DNA of 32,000 nt, from assembly GCF_000017845.1 (NCBI RefSeq), contig NC_010546.1, positions 3,210,001-3,242,000 on the forward strand, read 5' to 3'. Below, one piece after another: positions 10,177-18,376 of the stretch. The DNA comes from Crocosphaera subtropica ATCC 51142 (lineage in GTDB: Bacteria; Cyanobacteriota; Cyanobacteriia; Cyanobacteriales; Microcystaceae). The notes under the pieces were generated by a model. It did no database searches. It was not told the DNA's origin and was given only the letters and a program-made list of their open reading frames with translations. Position 1 is the first letter of the stretch. The number at the start of each line of letters is the position of its first letter. Made by a program: the position numbers and the translations under genes.

Positions 10177-10343
10177 TCATCAGTGGGGATCAACAGTCGT
10201 TGACCCCTAAGAGATTTTGATCGAGAAGATCAAAAACCGTGTTACGATGAGGCCATAAGAATTATTTTCCTCAGTTGTTTTGTCAATTACAAACCATCTA
10301 AGTGAATCTAACTCTCTACAACACTCACTTTAGAGCATTTTTT

Positions 10344-10628
10344 ATGTCAATTTATGTCGGTAATTTATCCTATGAGGTAACACAAGTAGACCTCGAAGAA
10401 GTTTTTGGAGAATATGGCACCGTGAAAAGGGTACAAATTCCCAGCGATCGTGAAACCGGAAAATCCAGAGGCTTCGGTTTTGTCGAAATGGGGACAGAAA
10501 CCGAAGAAACCGCAGCCATTGAAGCATTAGACGGGGCTGAATGGATGGGACGGGCCCTCAAAGTTAATAAAGCTAGACCTAGAGAAAATCGCAAATCCTC
10601 TGGTGGAGGTTCGACTCGTCGCTATTAG
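10344..10628 (+). CDS. RRM-type RNA-binding protein (cyanobacterial Rbp family)
   Basis: ATG at 10344 gives MSIYVGNLSYEV (RNP2), then KSRGFGFVEM (RNP1) and a short basic/Gly tail. The TTG-initiated extension in the ORF track is not needed. Confidence 0.9.
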   Translation: MSIYVGNLSYEVTQVDLEEVFGEYGTVKRVQIPSDRETGKSRGFGFVEMGTETEETAAIEALDGAEWMGRALKVNKARPRENRKSSGGGSTRRY

Positions 10629-10700
10629 ACTTGAGCCATCTATTTAATAGCGATCGCTATCCTTATAGACCCTTTTGACCATCAATTGAGAATAACACAA

Positions 10701-11018
10701 ATGAATATCAAAGAACTTTTAAGTCGCTACAGTGCAGGACAAAGAGACTTTAGAGACATCACTTTAATTGCAGCTAATCTCAGAAATGTCAATCTCAGTG
10801 GTGTTAATCTCAGTGGGGCTGATCTTAGAGGGGTTAATCTCACTCGAGCTAATCTCAGCTATGCTAATTTAACCAATGTTCGTTTGCAAGGGGCTAACTT
10901 AACAGAAACTAATTTCATTGCAGCTAATCTAACGGGTGTTGATCTCAATGGGATAGATGTCAGTCAAACCAATTTATCAAGAGCAATTTTTAAAGAGTCA
11001 AAAGTTGCTGTCCAATAA
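10701..11018 (+). CDS. Pentapeptide-repeat protein
   Basis: About 14 consecutive A(D/N)LxX pentapeptides (ANLRNVNLSGVNLSGADLRGVNLTRANLSYANLTNVRLQGANLTETNFIAANLTGVDLNG). The ATG at 10701 is preferred over the TTG at 10686. Confidence 0.85.
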   Translation: MNIKELLSRYSAGQRDFRDITLIAANLRNVNLSGVNLSGADLRGVNLTRANLSYANLTNVRLQGANLTETNFIAANLTGVDLNGIDVSQTNLSRAIFKESKVAVQ

Positions 11019-11045
11019 GCATGAATCAAGGAGATAAACTCAAAC

Positions 11046-11234
11046 ATGACTCAAATTATTCGTGGAGAAAATGAGGGTATTGAATCAGCCCTACGTCGCT
11101 TTAAACGACAAGTCAGTAAAGCAGGAATTTTTTATGATATGAAGAAAAATCGGCATTTTGAAACCCCTATCGAAAAACGTAAACGTAAAGCTCTAGCTAA
11201 ACAGAGACAACGGAAAAGAAGTTATCGTAAATAG
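11046..11234 (+). CDS. rpsU: 30S ribosomal protein S21
   Basis: 62 aa, very basic. [17 protein letters not shown] ... [11 protein letters not shown] matches bS21. Confidence 0.9.
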   Translation: MTQIIRGENEGIESALRRFKRQVSKAGIFYDMKKNRHFETPIEKRKRKALAKQRQRKRSYRK

Positions 11235-11259
11235 ATAAATATTTACAGAATAGAATAGT

Positions 11260-11283
11260 AGGGGTCAATATCTGTTGACCCTT
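11260..11283 (+). terminator. Terminator-like hairpin after rpsU
   Basis: AGGGGTCAA-TATCTG-TTGACCCT followed by TTAGTTT. It shares the GGGTCAA/TTGACCC stem with the hairpins at 10185-10207 and 30946-30973. Confidence 0.5.
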
Positions 11284-11716
11284 TAGTTTAGGTTAAAGAG
11301 CAAAAATATCGAGAAATCTATCCAAGAATCTGACATCAAAACAGATTAATCCTACAATAAAAATAGTTTTTTGCGATGTTTGTGTAGCATAAATTTATAT
11401 TTATTGTTGTTTCTTAACCAAAATTCCCCTTTATTTTAAAAGTCATTGCAGGATGTCTTCTAGCATACCTAAACTACGTTAAACTCGCTACATTAAGACT
11501 AGAGACAAACAATGTGAGTTACATTTCCTGTTGTTGCTTAACACTCTACAAGATGGGGAAAAAAACATCATAAATATAGCATTACGCATTAGGGTTAGGA
11601 CATCGGAAAAAGTCAAAACTTTGTTAAAGCCTACTTTTGCCTTTTGCGTAGCGGTATAGCGTTTACCCTCAACCTGCCTGTGTTGAGCTTGGAAATTAGC
11701 TCCAAGGAGGTGTTTT

Positions 11717-12401
11717 ATGAACGAAAAAGTCCTCGGCAATGTGCGTAATGTGGCGATCGTGGGTCCTTATTCGAGTGGTAAAACCACCCTACTCGAAAGC
11801 CTCTTATCCGTTAGCAGTGCTATTACCCGAAAAGGTAGCATTAAAGATGGTAACACTATCAGTGATAGTTCTCCCGAAGCCAGGGATAGGCAAATGAGTG
11901 TAGAGGTTTCCGCTGCCAGTACCACCCACGAAGACATCCAATTTACCTTTTTAGACTGTCCCGGTTCTATTGAATTTGCCCAAGAAACCTATAATGCTTT
12001 AGTGGGTGCAGGTGCTGCGATCGTCGTCTGTGAACCCGAAATTGATCGCCTGTTAACCCTTGCACCTTTGTTAAAATTCCTCGATGACTGGGAAATACCC
12101 CATATCATCTATATCAACAAGATGGATCGCTTCAAAGATAGCTTTATGGACGTACTCCACGCCCTCAAAGATGTGTCCACCCGTCCTGTTGTACCGCAAC
12201 AATATCCCATCCGTCAAGATCGAGAACTCATCGGCTATATTGATTTAATCACTGAACAAGCCTATCATTATCATTCTGGTAGTCCGGCTGATCCGGTTCC
12301 TCTTCCCGAACACCTCAAAGCAGAAGAACAGGCAGCACGTCAGGAAATGTTAGAAGTCTTAGCCGACTTTGACGATCATTTACTTGAAGAACTGATTGCT
12401 G
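11717..12401 (+). CDS. EF-G-like translational GTPase (EF-G paralogue), exon 1
   Basis: AAGGAGG lies 8 nt upstream of the ATG. GTPase motifs are G1 GPYSSGKT, G3 DCPGSIEF and G4 INKMD. The reading frame runs into GTGCG at 12402, the group II intron 5' end. The listed ORF end at 12415 is an intron-encoded stop. Confidence 0.85.
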
Positions 12402-13013
12402 GTGCGGTACGTTAGGTAGAAACCGAGAAATCGGGAGGATTACCTGCAAGGTTAAAACAGAACCTTGACAACTTATTAACCATATTGGTGAAAGTCCAAT
12501 CATCCCAGTTACGGGGGTTGAAAGCGCATCCTTATCTGAGGAGAATGGTCATCAAATCAGGTAAAGCAGGATGAAATATCCAATAAGTTTGAGTCCATAA
12601 ACGACCTTGGGTTAGCAGTTTAGCCATGAGTAACGAAAGTGAACCTCTATCAGAACCATCGTTAGTTCTAAGCAGCCAAACAGACTGATAGGCTGTAAAC
12701 AAAATGTTAACGAGCCAAAGGAAAGGTAGTCGGCGATGACCTTTCAAAAATGTACTTCAAGTCTTCGATGTGAAGTATTCGTAACCAACAAGGCTCCGGT
12801 GGATAAGAGGACTCTAAAGCTGAGTAAATGGTTAATAGGAACGTAATAAACCTTGTCTTTGCTCTTAGAAATAGGTCGAACATCTAAGTAGTTACCAGCG
12901 TAAGCAAGATAAGGGAGAGATTGAGTCAAAAGCAAAATCTGTCTCTGGTAATCAGAGAGGGACGCAAACAGACTCACGGTTTGAAGGATTGTAAAGTTGG
13001 AAGTAACAGTAAT

Positions 13014-14786
13014 ATGACTAATGCCCAATTGAGGAAAGTATTAACACCCACAAACGACGGACAAAAGTGGAGTAACATCGACTGGAAAACCGTTAACAAG
13101 AAGGTGTATAAGCTACAAAACCGAATTTACAGAGCCAGTCAACGTGGGGACATTGTTGCCGTCCGCAAACTCCAAAAGATTTTGACCTCATCATGGTCAG
13201 CCAAATGCTTAGCCATAAGGAAAGTGACCCAAGAAAATCGTGGAAAGAGAACATCAGGAATAGACGGAATAAAATCATTAAGACCGTCGGCCAGATGGAA
13301 GCTCATTCAGGAACTCAAATTCACAGGAAAAAGTAAACCAGTACGAAGAGTATGGATACCAAAACCTGGAAAATCCGAGAAAAGACCCTTGGGAATACCA
13401 ACCATAAAAGACCGAGCATTACAAACCTTAGCAAAAATGGCACTAGAACCAGAATGGGAAGCTAAATTCGAGCCTCATTCTTACGGTTTCAGACCTGGTA
13501 GGTCAGTCCATGATGCAGTAGAAGCAATATTTACAGGTATATCCAAGAAGAAGAAATTTATTCTTGAAACCGACATAGAAAAATGCTTCGACAAAATCAA
13601 CCATTCTGAATTAATTAAAAAGCTCAACACATATCCTAAATTGAGGAGACAAATCAAAGCCTGGTTAAAGGCAGGAATAATAGATGAAAATCAATTATTC
13701 CCAACAGAAGAAGGTACACCTCAAGGCGGAACTCTAAGCCCATTACTGGCAAATATCGCCTTACATGGGATGGAAAACTTACTCAAGAAAGCATTTCCCA
13801 GATTAGGAGTAGGAAATAGACAAACCTGGTTTCACTCTAAAGGACAGGAATTTTACAGTCCAATCCTAATCAGATATGCAGATGACCTTGTAGTAATACA
13901 TGAAGACCAAAAAGTAATTGAGGTCTGTAAAGAGCTAATAAATGAATGGTTAAGGACTATCGGCTTAAGACTAAAAGACAGTAAAACCAAAATTGTCCAC
14001 ACTTACGACGAACATAAAAGGAATAAACCAGGCTTTGATTTTCTGGGGTTTAACTTCAGACAATATAAAGCTGACAAAAATAGCTCTGGAAAATCTCCTA
14101 AAGGCGAATTACTTGGATTTAAAGCCATCATAAAACCTAGCAAGGAGAGTCTCAAAAAACACCATGAGAAATTACGAAAAATAGTCCGAAGTGAAAAAGC
14201 TTCTAAACAAGAAGTTCTCATTAGGAAACTCAATAGCGTAATTAGAGGATGGACAAATTTTTACTCAACTGTATGCAGTAAAGATTCATTTGAGACACAA
14301 GACCATCTATTATTTTCCTGTTTAGTAAGATGGGCAAAACGGAGACACCCAAGAATAAAATCTTGGAATAAAGTCAAAAACAAATACTGGAAAACGTCAG
14401 AAACCGAAAACTGGATTTTCACTCACAAAGGTATTGAGGAAAGACTGAAAAGACACAATCAAACGCCTATAAAAAGGCATACATTGGTCAGAGGAAATGC
14501 CTCCCCTTACGATGGAAACCACATCTATTGGAGTACCAGAATGGGTAAAAACCCTATATTACACGCCCGAAAAAGTGCGTTACTAAAACGTCAAAAAGGG
14601 AAATGTAACTGGTGCGGATTACACTTTAAGCAAGAAGATGTAATACAGGAAGACCACATTGTAGCAAAAAGTAAAAACGGTAATAACCGTTTCGACAATC
14701 TACAACTCCTACACATCCAATGTCACCAAAAGAAAAACGCTAAGGATTATCGTGACTGGTATGAATGTCAATCACCTTCAGATTGA
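13014..14786 (+). CDS. Group II intron-encoded protein: reverse transcriptase + maturase (X) + HNH endonuclease domains
   Basis: Starts MTNAQLRKVL... The N-terminus is the typical W..IDW..V...V..LQ.RIY.AS. RT blocks include TSGIDG, RRVWIPKPGKSEKRPLGIPTIKDRALQ, PHSYGFRPGRSVHDA, EGTPQGGTLSPLLANIAL and IRYADDLVV (YADD). The X domain carries RGWTNFY. The C-terminal HNH is CNWCG...EDHIVAKSKNG...NLQLLHIQCHQKK. Confidence 0.92.
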   Translation: MTNAQLRKVLTPTNDGQKWSNIDWKTVNKKVYKLQNRIYRASQRGDIVAVRKLQKILTSSWSAKCLAIRKVTQENRGKRTSGIDGIKSLRPSARWKLIQELKFTGKSKPVRRVWIPKPGKSEKRPLGIPTIKDRALQTLAKMALEPEWEAKFEPHSYGFRPGRSVHDAVEAIFTGISKKKKFILETDIEKCFDKINHSELIKKLNTYPKLRRQIKAWLKAGIIDENQLFPTEEGTPQGGTLSPLLANIALHGMENLLKKAFPRLGVGNRQTWFHSKGQEFYSPILIRYADDLVVIHEDQKVIEVCKELINEWLRTIGLRLKDSKTKIVHTYDEHKRNKPGFDFLGFNFRQYKADKNSSGKSPKGELLGFKAIIKPSKESLKKHHEKLRKIVRSEKASKQEVLIRKLNSVIRGWTNFYSTVCSKDSFETQDHLLFSCLVRWAKRRHPRIKSWNKVKNKYWKTSETENWIFTHKGIEERLKRHNQTPIKRHTLVRGNASPYDGNHIYWSTRMGKNPILHARKSALLKRQKGKCNWCGLHFKQEDVIQEDHIVAKSKNGNNRFDNLQLLHIQCHQKKNAKDYRDWYECQSPSD

Positions 14787-14787
14787 G

Positions 14788-14821
14788 GAGCCGTGTGCGC
14801 TGAAAGGTGCAAGCACGGTTT
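14788..14821 (+). ncRNA. Group II intron domain V (catalytic hairpin)
   Basis: GAGCCGTGTGCGCTGAAAGGTGCAAGCACGGTTT contains an AGC triad at positions 2-4, a 9-bp lower stem, a 2-nt AA bulge on the 3' strand, a 4-bp upper stem and a GAAA tetraloop. This is close to the DV consensus. Confidence 0.88.
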
Positions 14822-14862
14822 TGAAGCCGAGTCATAAAGGCGACTTTATGGCTTAGGGCAAT

Positions 14863-16220
14863 ATATTCAACCATCAAAAGAAGAAATACTCAAAGATTTA
14901 AAACAGGATCTCAGTGCAGACTTAATTGTACCGGTTTTCTTTGGTATTGCTGAACAAGACTATGGGGTACGACCTTTACTCAATGCGTTAGTCAAAGAAA
15001 CCCCTGCGCCCAATATTACCGGGGAACGTCGGGGACTAGAAAATAAAACAGAAGGAGAAACCCTCGTACAAGTCTTAAAAACCTACTTTACACCCCAAGG
15101 GGGTCAACTTTCCTTAGTCAGAGTCTGGCAAGGGGAAGTTAAAGAAGGAATGTTACTTAATGGGGTTCGCGCCGGTGGGGTTTATCGCCTCATGGGAGAA
15201 AAACAAATTTCTATCCCCAGTCAAACCGCTTTATTAGGGGAGATCGTGGCGATCGCCCGTTTAGACGGCATTAAAACAGGGGATACCTTATCCAGTAAAG
15301 AGAAACCCAGTGAGGTATTACCAAAAGCCGGTACCTTAGAACCAGTGTATGCGTTGGCGGTAACCCCAGAAAAACGCAAAGATGAAGTCAAATTAAGTTC
15401 GGCTTTAGCTAAACTGATGGAAGAAGATCCCTCTCTATACTGGGAACAACACGGGGATACTAAAGAGGTAATCCTTTGGGGACAGGGAGAGATCCATTTA
15501 CAGGTAGCATTAGACCGTTTGTGTCGCAAGTATAACCTACCCATGACTACCCATTTACCCCAAGTTCCCTACAAAGAAACCATCCGTAACGCTAGTAAAG
15601 TTCATGGACGTTATAAACATCAAACCGGTGGCCATGGGGCATTTGGGGACGTTCACCTAGAGATTAAACCCTTACCCAGAGGAGAAGGTTTCCACTTTCA
15701 TCAAACCATTGTGGGTGGTGTGGTTCCGAAACAATACATCCCTGGGGTAGAAATGGGGGTTAAGGAATATTTAGATCATGGGCCGTTGGGTTTCCCTGTA
15801 GTGGATGTGGATGTAACGTTAACAGACGGTTCCTATCATTCAGTGGATAGTTCTGAACAGGCGTTTAAACAAGCTGCACGCATTGCCATGAGTGATGGAA
15901 TGCCTTTGTGTCATCCTGTTCTCTTAGAGCCTATTTTATCGGTTAAGGTATCAGTACCGGCGGAGTGTACTGCAAAAGTGTTGCAGTTGGTGAGTGGACG
16001 ACGGGGACAAATTCTCGGTTATGAGAGTTTAACCCAGTGGAAAGGATGGGATCAAGTAACGGCTTATTTACCCCAAGCAGAGATGCACAACTTTATCATT
16101 GAACTGCGATCGCTGACGATGGGAGTGGGTACGTTTACCTGGACTTATGACCATTTACAAGAGGTTCCTGATAAGGTGACAAATAAAGTGTTAACTAACA
16201 ATGGTAACGGAAAAAATTAA
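14863..16220 (+). CDS. EF-G-like translational GTPase, exon 2 (domains II-V)
   Basis: The frame is open from 14863 (..D IQPSKEEILKDLKQDLSADLIVPVFFGIAEQDYGVRPLLNALVKETPAP..), well upstream of the Met at 15150 listed in the ORF track. EF-G domain IV/V patterns are present: HGRYKHQTGGHGAFGDVHLEIKP, VGGVVPKQYIPGVEMG, DGSYHSVDSSEQAFKQAARIA. Confidence 0.85.
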
Positions 16221-16259
16221 CCCTTTTTTCTGATTGATTTAGGTGGTTTTTAAAGATTA

Positions 16260-16293
16260 GGGTAGATTAATATATTAATGTCTGCCCTTTTTT
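16260..16293 (+). terminator. Terminator-like hairpin after the EF-G-like gene
   Basis: GGGTAGATTAATA / TATTAATGTCTGCCC forms an imperfect stem, followed by TTTTTT at 16288-16293. It starts 40 nt after the stop. Confidence 0.5.
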
Positions 16294-16349
16294 GTCTCAT
16301 CTAAACTTTATTATGCTAGAATAACGGCAAATACAGTGATTAACATTTA

Positions 16350-16637
16350 ATGCAATTATATGAAATCATTTGGAAAGATCAATTTATTGAAAAACTAGCA
16401 GTCAAGCATGGTGTTAGAACTGATGAAGTTGAGGAGGTTTTATTTTCACGTTCTCATGTTCGTAAAGCACAAAAGGGACGAATAAAAGGAGAAGATTTAT
16501 ATGTTGCTTATGGTCAAACCAATGCAGGTAGATATCTAATTATCTTTTTTGTTCGCAAAAATAAAACCTCAGCATTACCAATTTCAGCAAGAGACATGAC
16601 TCAATCAGAACGTAGATATTATGAACAACAAACCTAA
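16350..16637 (+). CDS. BrnT-like (DUF497-type) toxin
   Basis: 95 aa. Matches the BrnT pattern as I remember it: W.....KL..KHGV...EVEEV (IIWKDQFIEKLAVKHGVRTDEVEEVLF), G.T..GR.L (GQTNAGRYLIIFF) and ISAR.MT..ER..Y (ISARDMTQSERRYY). It sits upstream of its partner, as in brnTA. Confidence 0.65.
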   Translation: MQLYEIIWKDQFIEKLAVKHGVRTDEVEEVLFSRSHVRKAQKGRIKGEDLYVAYGQTNAGRYLIIFFVRKNKTSALPISARDMTQSERRYYEQQT

Positions 16638-16893
16638 AATTATTGATCCCATCCCTGAAGAATTTTCTAGTTACGAAGCAGCAGCAGAATTTTGGGATAC
16701 TCATGATACAACTGACTATTTAGATGACTTTGAAACTGTACAATTAGAAGCAGAGTTACAACAGCGACATTTTGAAGTTGAAATTGATGAAGATATTATG
16801 GAAGTTTTATCTCAACAAGCTCAAAAAAAAGGTGTTGCTATTAGTCAATTAGTAAATGATGTATTGAGAGAAAAACTAGAACAAGCAGCTTAA
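16621..16893 (+). CDS. BrnA/CopG-like antitoxin
   Basis: 90 aa, overlapping the upstream gene by 17 nt. It has FSSYEAAAEFWDTHDTTDYLDDFE, a signature common in this antitoxin group, and a C-terminal ribbon-helix-helix-like segment VAISQLVNDVLREKLEQ. Confidence 0.65.
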   Translation: MNNKPKIIDPIPEEFSSYEAAAEFWDTHDTTDYLDDFETVQLEAELQQRHFEVEIDEDIMEVLSQQAQKKGVAISQLVNDVLREKLEQAA

Positions 16894-16898
16894 CCAAA

Positions 16899-17603
16899 AT
16901 GCAAAAGCCTTATATTAAGTTAATACAAGCAAATCAAGGAAGTAATAAAGCCTTGATTTTTATTAATGGATATCAGATGAAATACGACAAAAATTCTAAG
17001 CTTTGGTCTTTCTATCTACATCAAGCAAATTGGAAAGGTTCAATTTATCAGTTATGGTGGGATTCAGGTAGTAAATATGGGAGAAAATACTCCATGTCGC
17101 CTTTAGGTAAGATTCCTATACTTAATGAACTGGTTCATTCTTATCCTCATTGGCGCATGGTTTTGGAAAGAGCAAAAATAAGTGGCTCGAAATATTTGTA
17201 TTCGATGCTCTCATCTATTGAAGAAAATGAAGTTTCATTGATTGGGTATTCTTTAGGCTGTCGTTTAATTCATTATGGATTACAAGGATTTGATAGTAAA
17301 TTGAGTTCTAAATCGATCAAAAATATTATTTTATTAGCTGGAGCAATTCGCACAATAAGGTGGGGGAAAATTTCTGTAAATATAACTGGCAAAATTTACA
17401 ATTTATACAACAGAGACGATGATGTTTTAAATTACGTATTTACTCATTTTGGAGCCTATAAGTATAAGCCTTGCGGAGTCACAAGAATCAAGTCAAAATG
17501 TAAAAATATTGAAAATATTGATATTACTAAATTAATGAATACAAGCTCCCATGATTTAAAACTTTATTTAAAGGCACTCACTAAATTTGACTATCTTGCT
17601 TAA
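16899..17603 (+). CDS. Alpha/beta-hydrolase-like protein with a candidate Ser-Asp-His triad (DUF726/DUF900-like)
   Basis: 234 aa, starting 5 nt after the antitoxin stop. GxSxG nucleophile elbow in SLIGYSLGCRLIHYGL. Candidate acid in YNLYNRDDDVLNYV. Candidate His in NTSSHDLKLY. The order and spacing are those of the alpha/beta-hydrolase fold. The family name is from memory and unverified. Confidence 0.55.
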   Translation: MQKPYIKLIQANQGSNKALIFINGYQMKYDKNSKLWSFYLHQANWKGSIYQLWWDSGSKYGRKYSMSPLGKIPILNELVHSYPHWRMVLERAKISGSKYLYSMLSSIEENEVSLIGYSLGCRLIHYGLQGFDSKLSSKSIKNIILLAGAIRTIRWGKISVNITGKIYNLYNRDDDVLNYVFTHFGAYKYKPCGVTRIKSKCKNIENIDITKLMNTSSHDLKLYLKALTKFDYLA

Positions 17604-17624
17604 CCTAAAATGAGTGTAAACATC

Positions 17625-17666
17625 GATCTTGTAGGTTGGGTTAAGGAACGAAACCCAACAATGATC
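17625..17666. repeat. Hairpin repeat copy A (GATCTTGTAGGTTGGGTT-AAGGAACGA-AACCCAACAATGATC)
   Basis: Perfect 8-bp GTTGGGTT/AACCCAAC stem with a 9-nt loop. The same element occurs at 18257-18296 and 19414-19455, with a divergent copy at 7138-7170. Confidence 0.8.
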
Positions 17667-17718
17667 CTTATTTAGCTAAAATGACAAATAATAGTTTATA
17701 TATTATTCCCTAAAACCT

Positions 17719-17949
17719 ATGACTGAACTACTAGAAAAAGTGATAACAGAACTTAAAAAACTTCCCCCCGATCAACAAGATGCGATCGCTTCTCGTTGGA
17801 TGGATGAACTAAAAGATGAACAGCAATGGACAGAAAAGTTTGAATCAACCACTGATGAACAATGGGATAAAATAGCTGATCTGGTTCGACAAGAAATCAG
17901 CAATGGTGAAACAACCCCATTAGATAAAGTTTTTCCAGTTAACTCATGA
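17719..17949 (+). CDS. Antitoxin-like protein (partner of the RelE/ParE-type gene downstream)
   Basis: 76 aa, acidic. Its stop overlaps the next start (ATGA at 17946-17949). The first 32 aa are nearly identical to those of the ORF at 18776. It has the helical LP..Q..A pattern seen in small addiction-module antitoxins. Confidence 0.6.
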   Translation: MTELLEKVITELKKLPPDQQDAIASRWMDELKDEQQWTEKFESTTDEQWDKIADLVRQEISNGETTPLDKVFPVNS

Positions 17950-18215
17950 AATCGAGTGTTACAAAAACATTTCGTAAACAACTTAACCAACTTCCCGAAA
18001 CTGTACAAAAACAGGCCGAAAAAGCATACAAACTTTGGGATCAAGATCCCTATCACAACAGTTTACAGTTCAAACGAGTCAGTCAAAATCAACCCATTTA
18101 TTCAGTGCGTGTCAGTTTAAATTATCGTGTTCTTGGATTATTAGAAGATGATCACATTTATTGGTTTTGGATTGGGACACACGATGAGTATGATGAGTTA
18201 CTGAAAAGATTATAA
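17946..18215 (+). CDS. RelE/ParE-superfamily toxin
   Basis: 89 aa. LQFKRVSQNQPIYSVRVSLNYRVLGLLEDDHIYWFWIGTHDEYDELL is the characteristic C-terminal pattern of this toxin group. It is translationally coupled to the upstream antitoxin. Confidence 0.7.
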   Translation: MKSSVTKTFRKQLNQLPETVQKQAEKAYKLWDQDPYHNSLQFKRVSQNQPIYSVRVSLNYRVLGLLEDDHIYWFWIGTHDEYDELLKRL

Positions 18216-18217
18216 AT

Positions 18218-18343
18218 TATAGTGCGATCTCGAAGAGATCCGCTTTGCGGTGCGCCGATCTTGTAGGTTGGGTTGAGAAACGAAACCCAACAATCGTCTA
18301 AAAATGAGCGATCGCTTTTGATGTGGTGATTACGCTACAATTA
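18218..18343. repeat. Inter-module spacer repeat, copy B (contains the hairpin at 18257-18296)
   Basis: It shares these blocks with copy C: 5' TATAGTGCGATC; core ATCTTGT(A/C)GGTTGGGT...AAACGAAACCCAACAATC(G/A)TCTAAAAAT(G/A)AGCGAT(C/T)GC; and 3' GTGAT..CG.TA.AAT, which ends in the -10-like hexamer TACAAT at 18335-18340. Confidence 0.7.
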
Positions 18344-18376
18344 AGTTAGCTGAATTCAAAGGGTTAAAGAGAATAA

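Larger units (their letters stand above)
12402..14862 (+). mobile_element. Group II intron (2461 nt) with an intron-encoded protein in domain IV
   Basis: The 5' end is GTGCG at 12402-12406. The RT/maturase/HNH ORF is at 13014-14786. Domain V is at 14788-14821. The domain VI helix (GTCATAAA/TTTATGGC) has a bulged A at 14855, 7 nt before the 3' end ...GCAAT at 14862. Joining 12401 to 14863 restores one 2043-nt (681-codon) frame. Confidence 0.88.

Noticed and set aside
11717-12415. The ORF-track entries 11717-12415 and 15150-16220, read as two independent genes or as fragments of a dead EF-G gene.
   Set aside because: The first ORF's last 14 nt are intron sequence that runs into an intron stop. 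The second frame is open back to 14863. Intron removal joins the two exactly in frame, so they are two exons of one gene.
12921-13013. The TTG-initiated N-terminal extension (MSQKQNLSLVIREG...) of the intron-encoded protein.
   Set aside because: The ATG at 13014 begins the conserved IEP N-terminus. The upstream 93 nt fall in the ribozyme domains and the translated extension shows no protein-like conservation.
12315-13028. Minus-strand ORFs 12315-12503, 12532-12747 and 12744-13028, plus 13093-13278 and 14003-14233, all inside the intron.
   Set aside because: They are antisense to structured intron RNA or to the RT gene. They have no recognisable motifs and unusual composition, so they are typical shadow ORFs.
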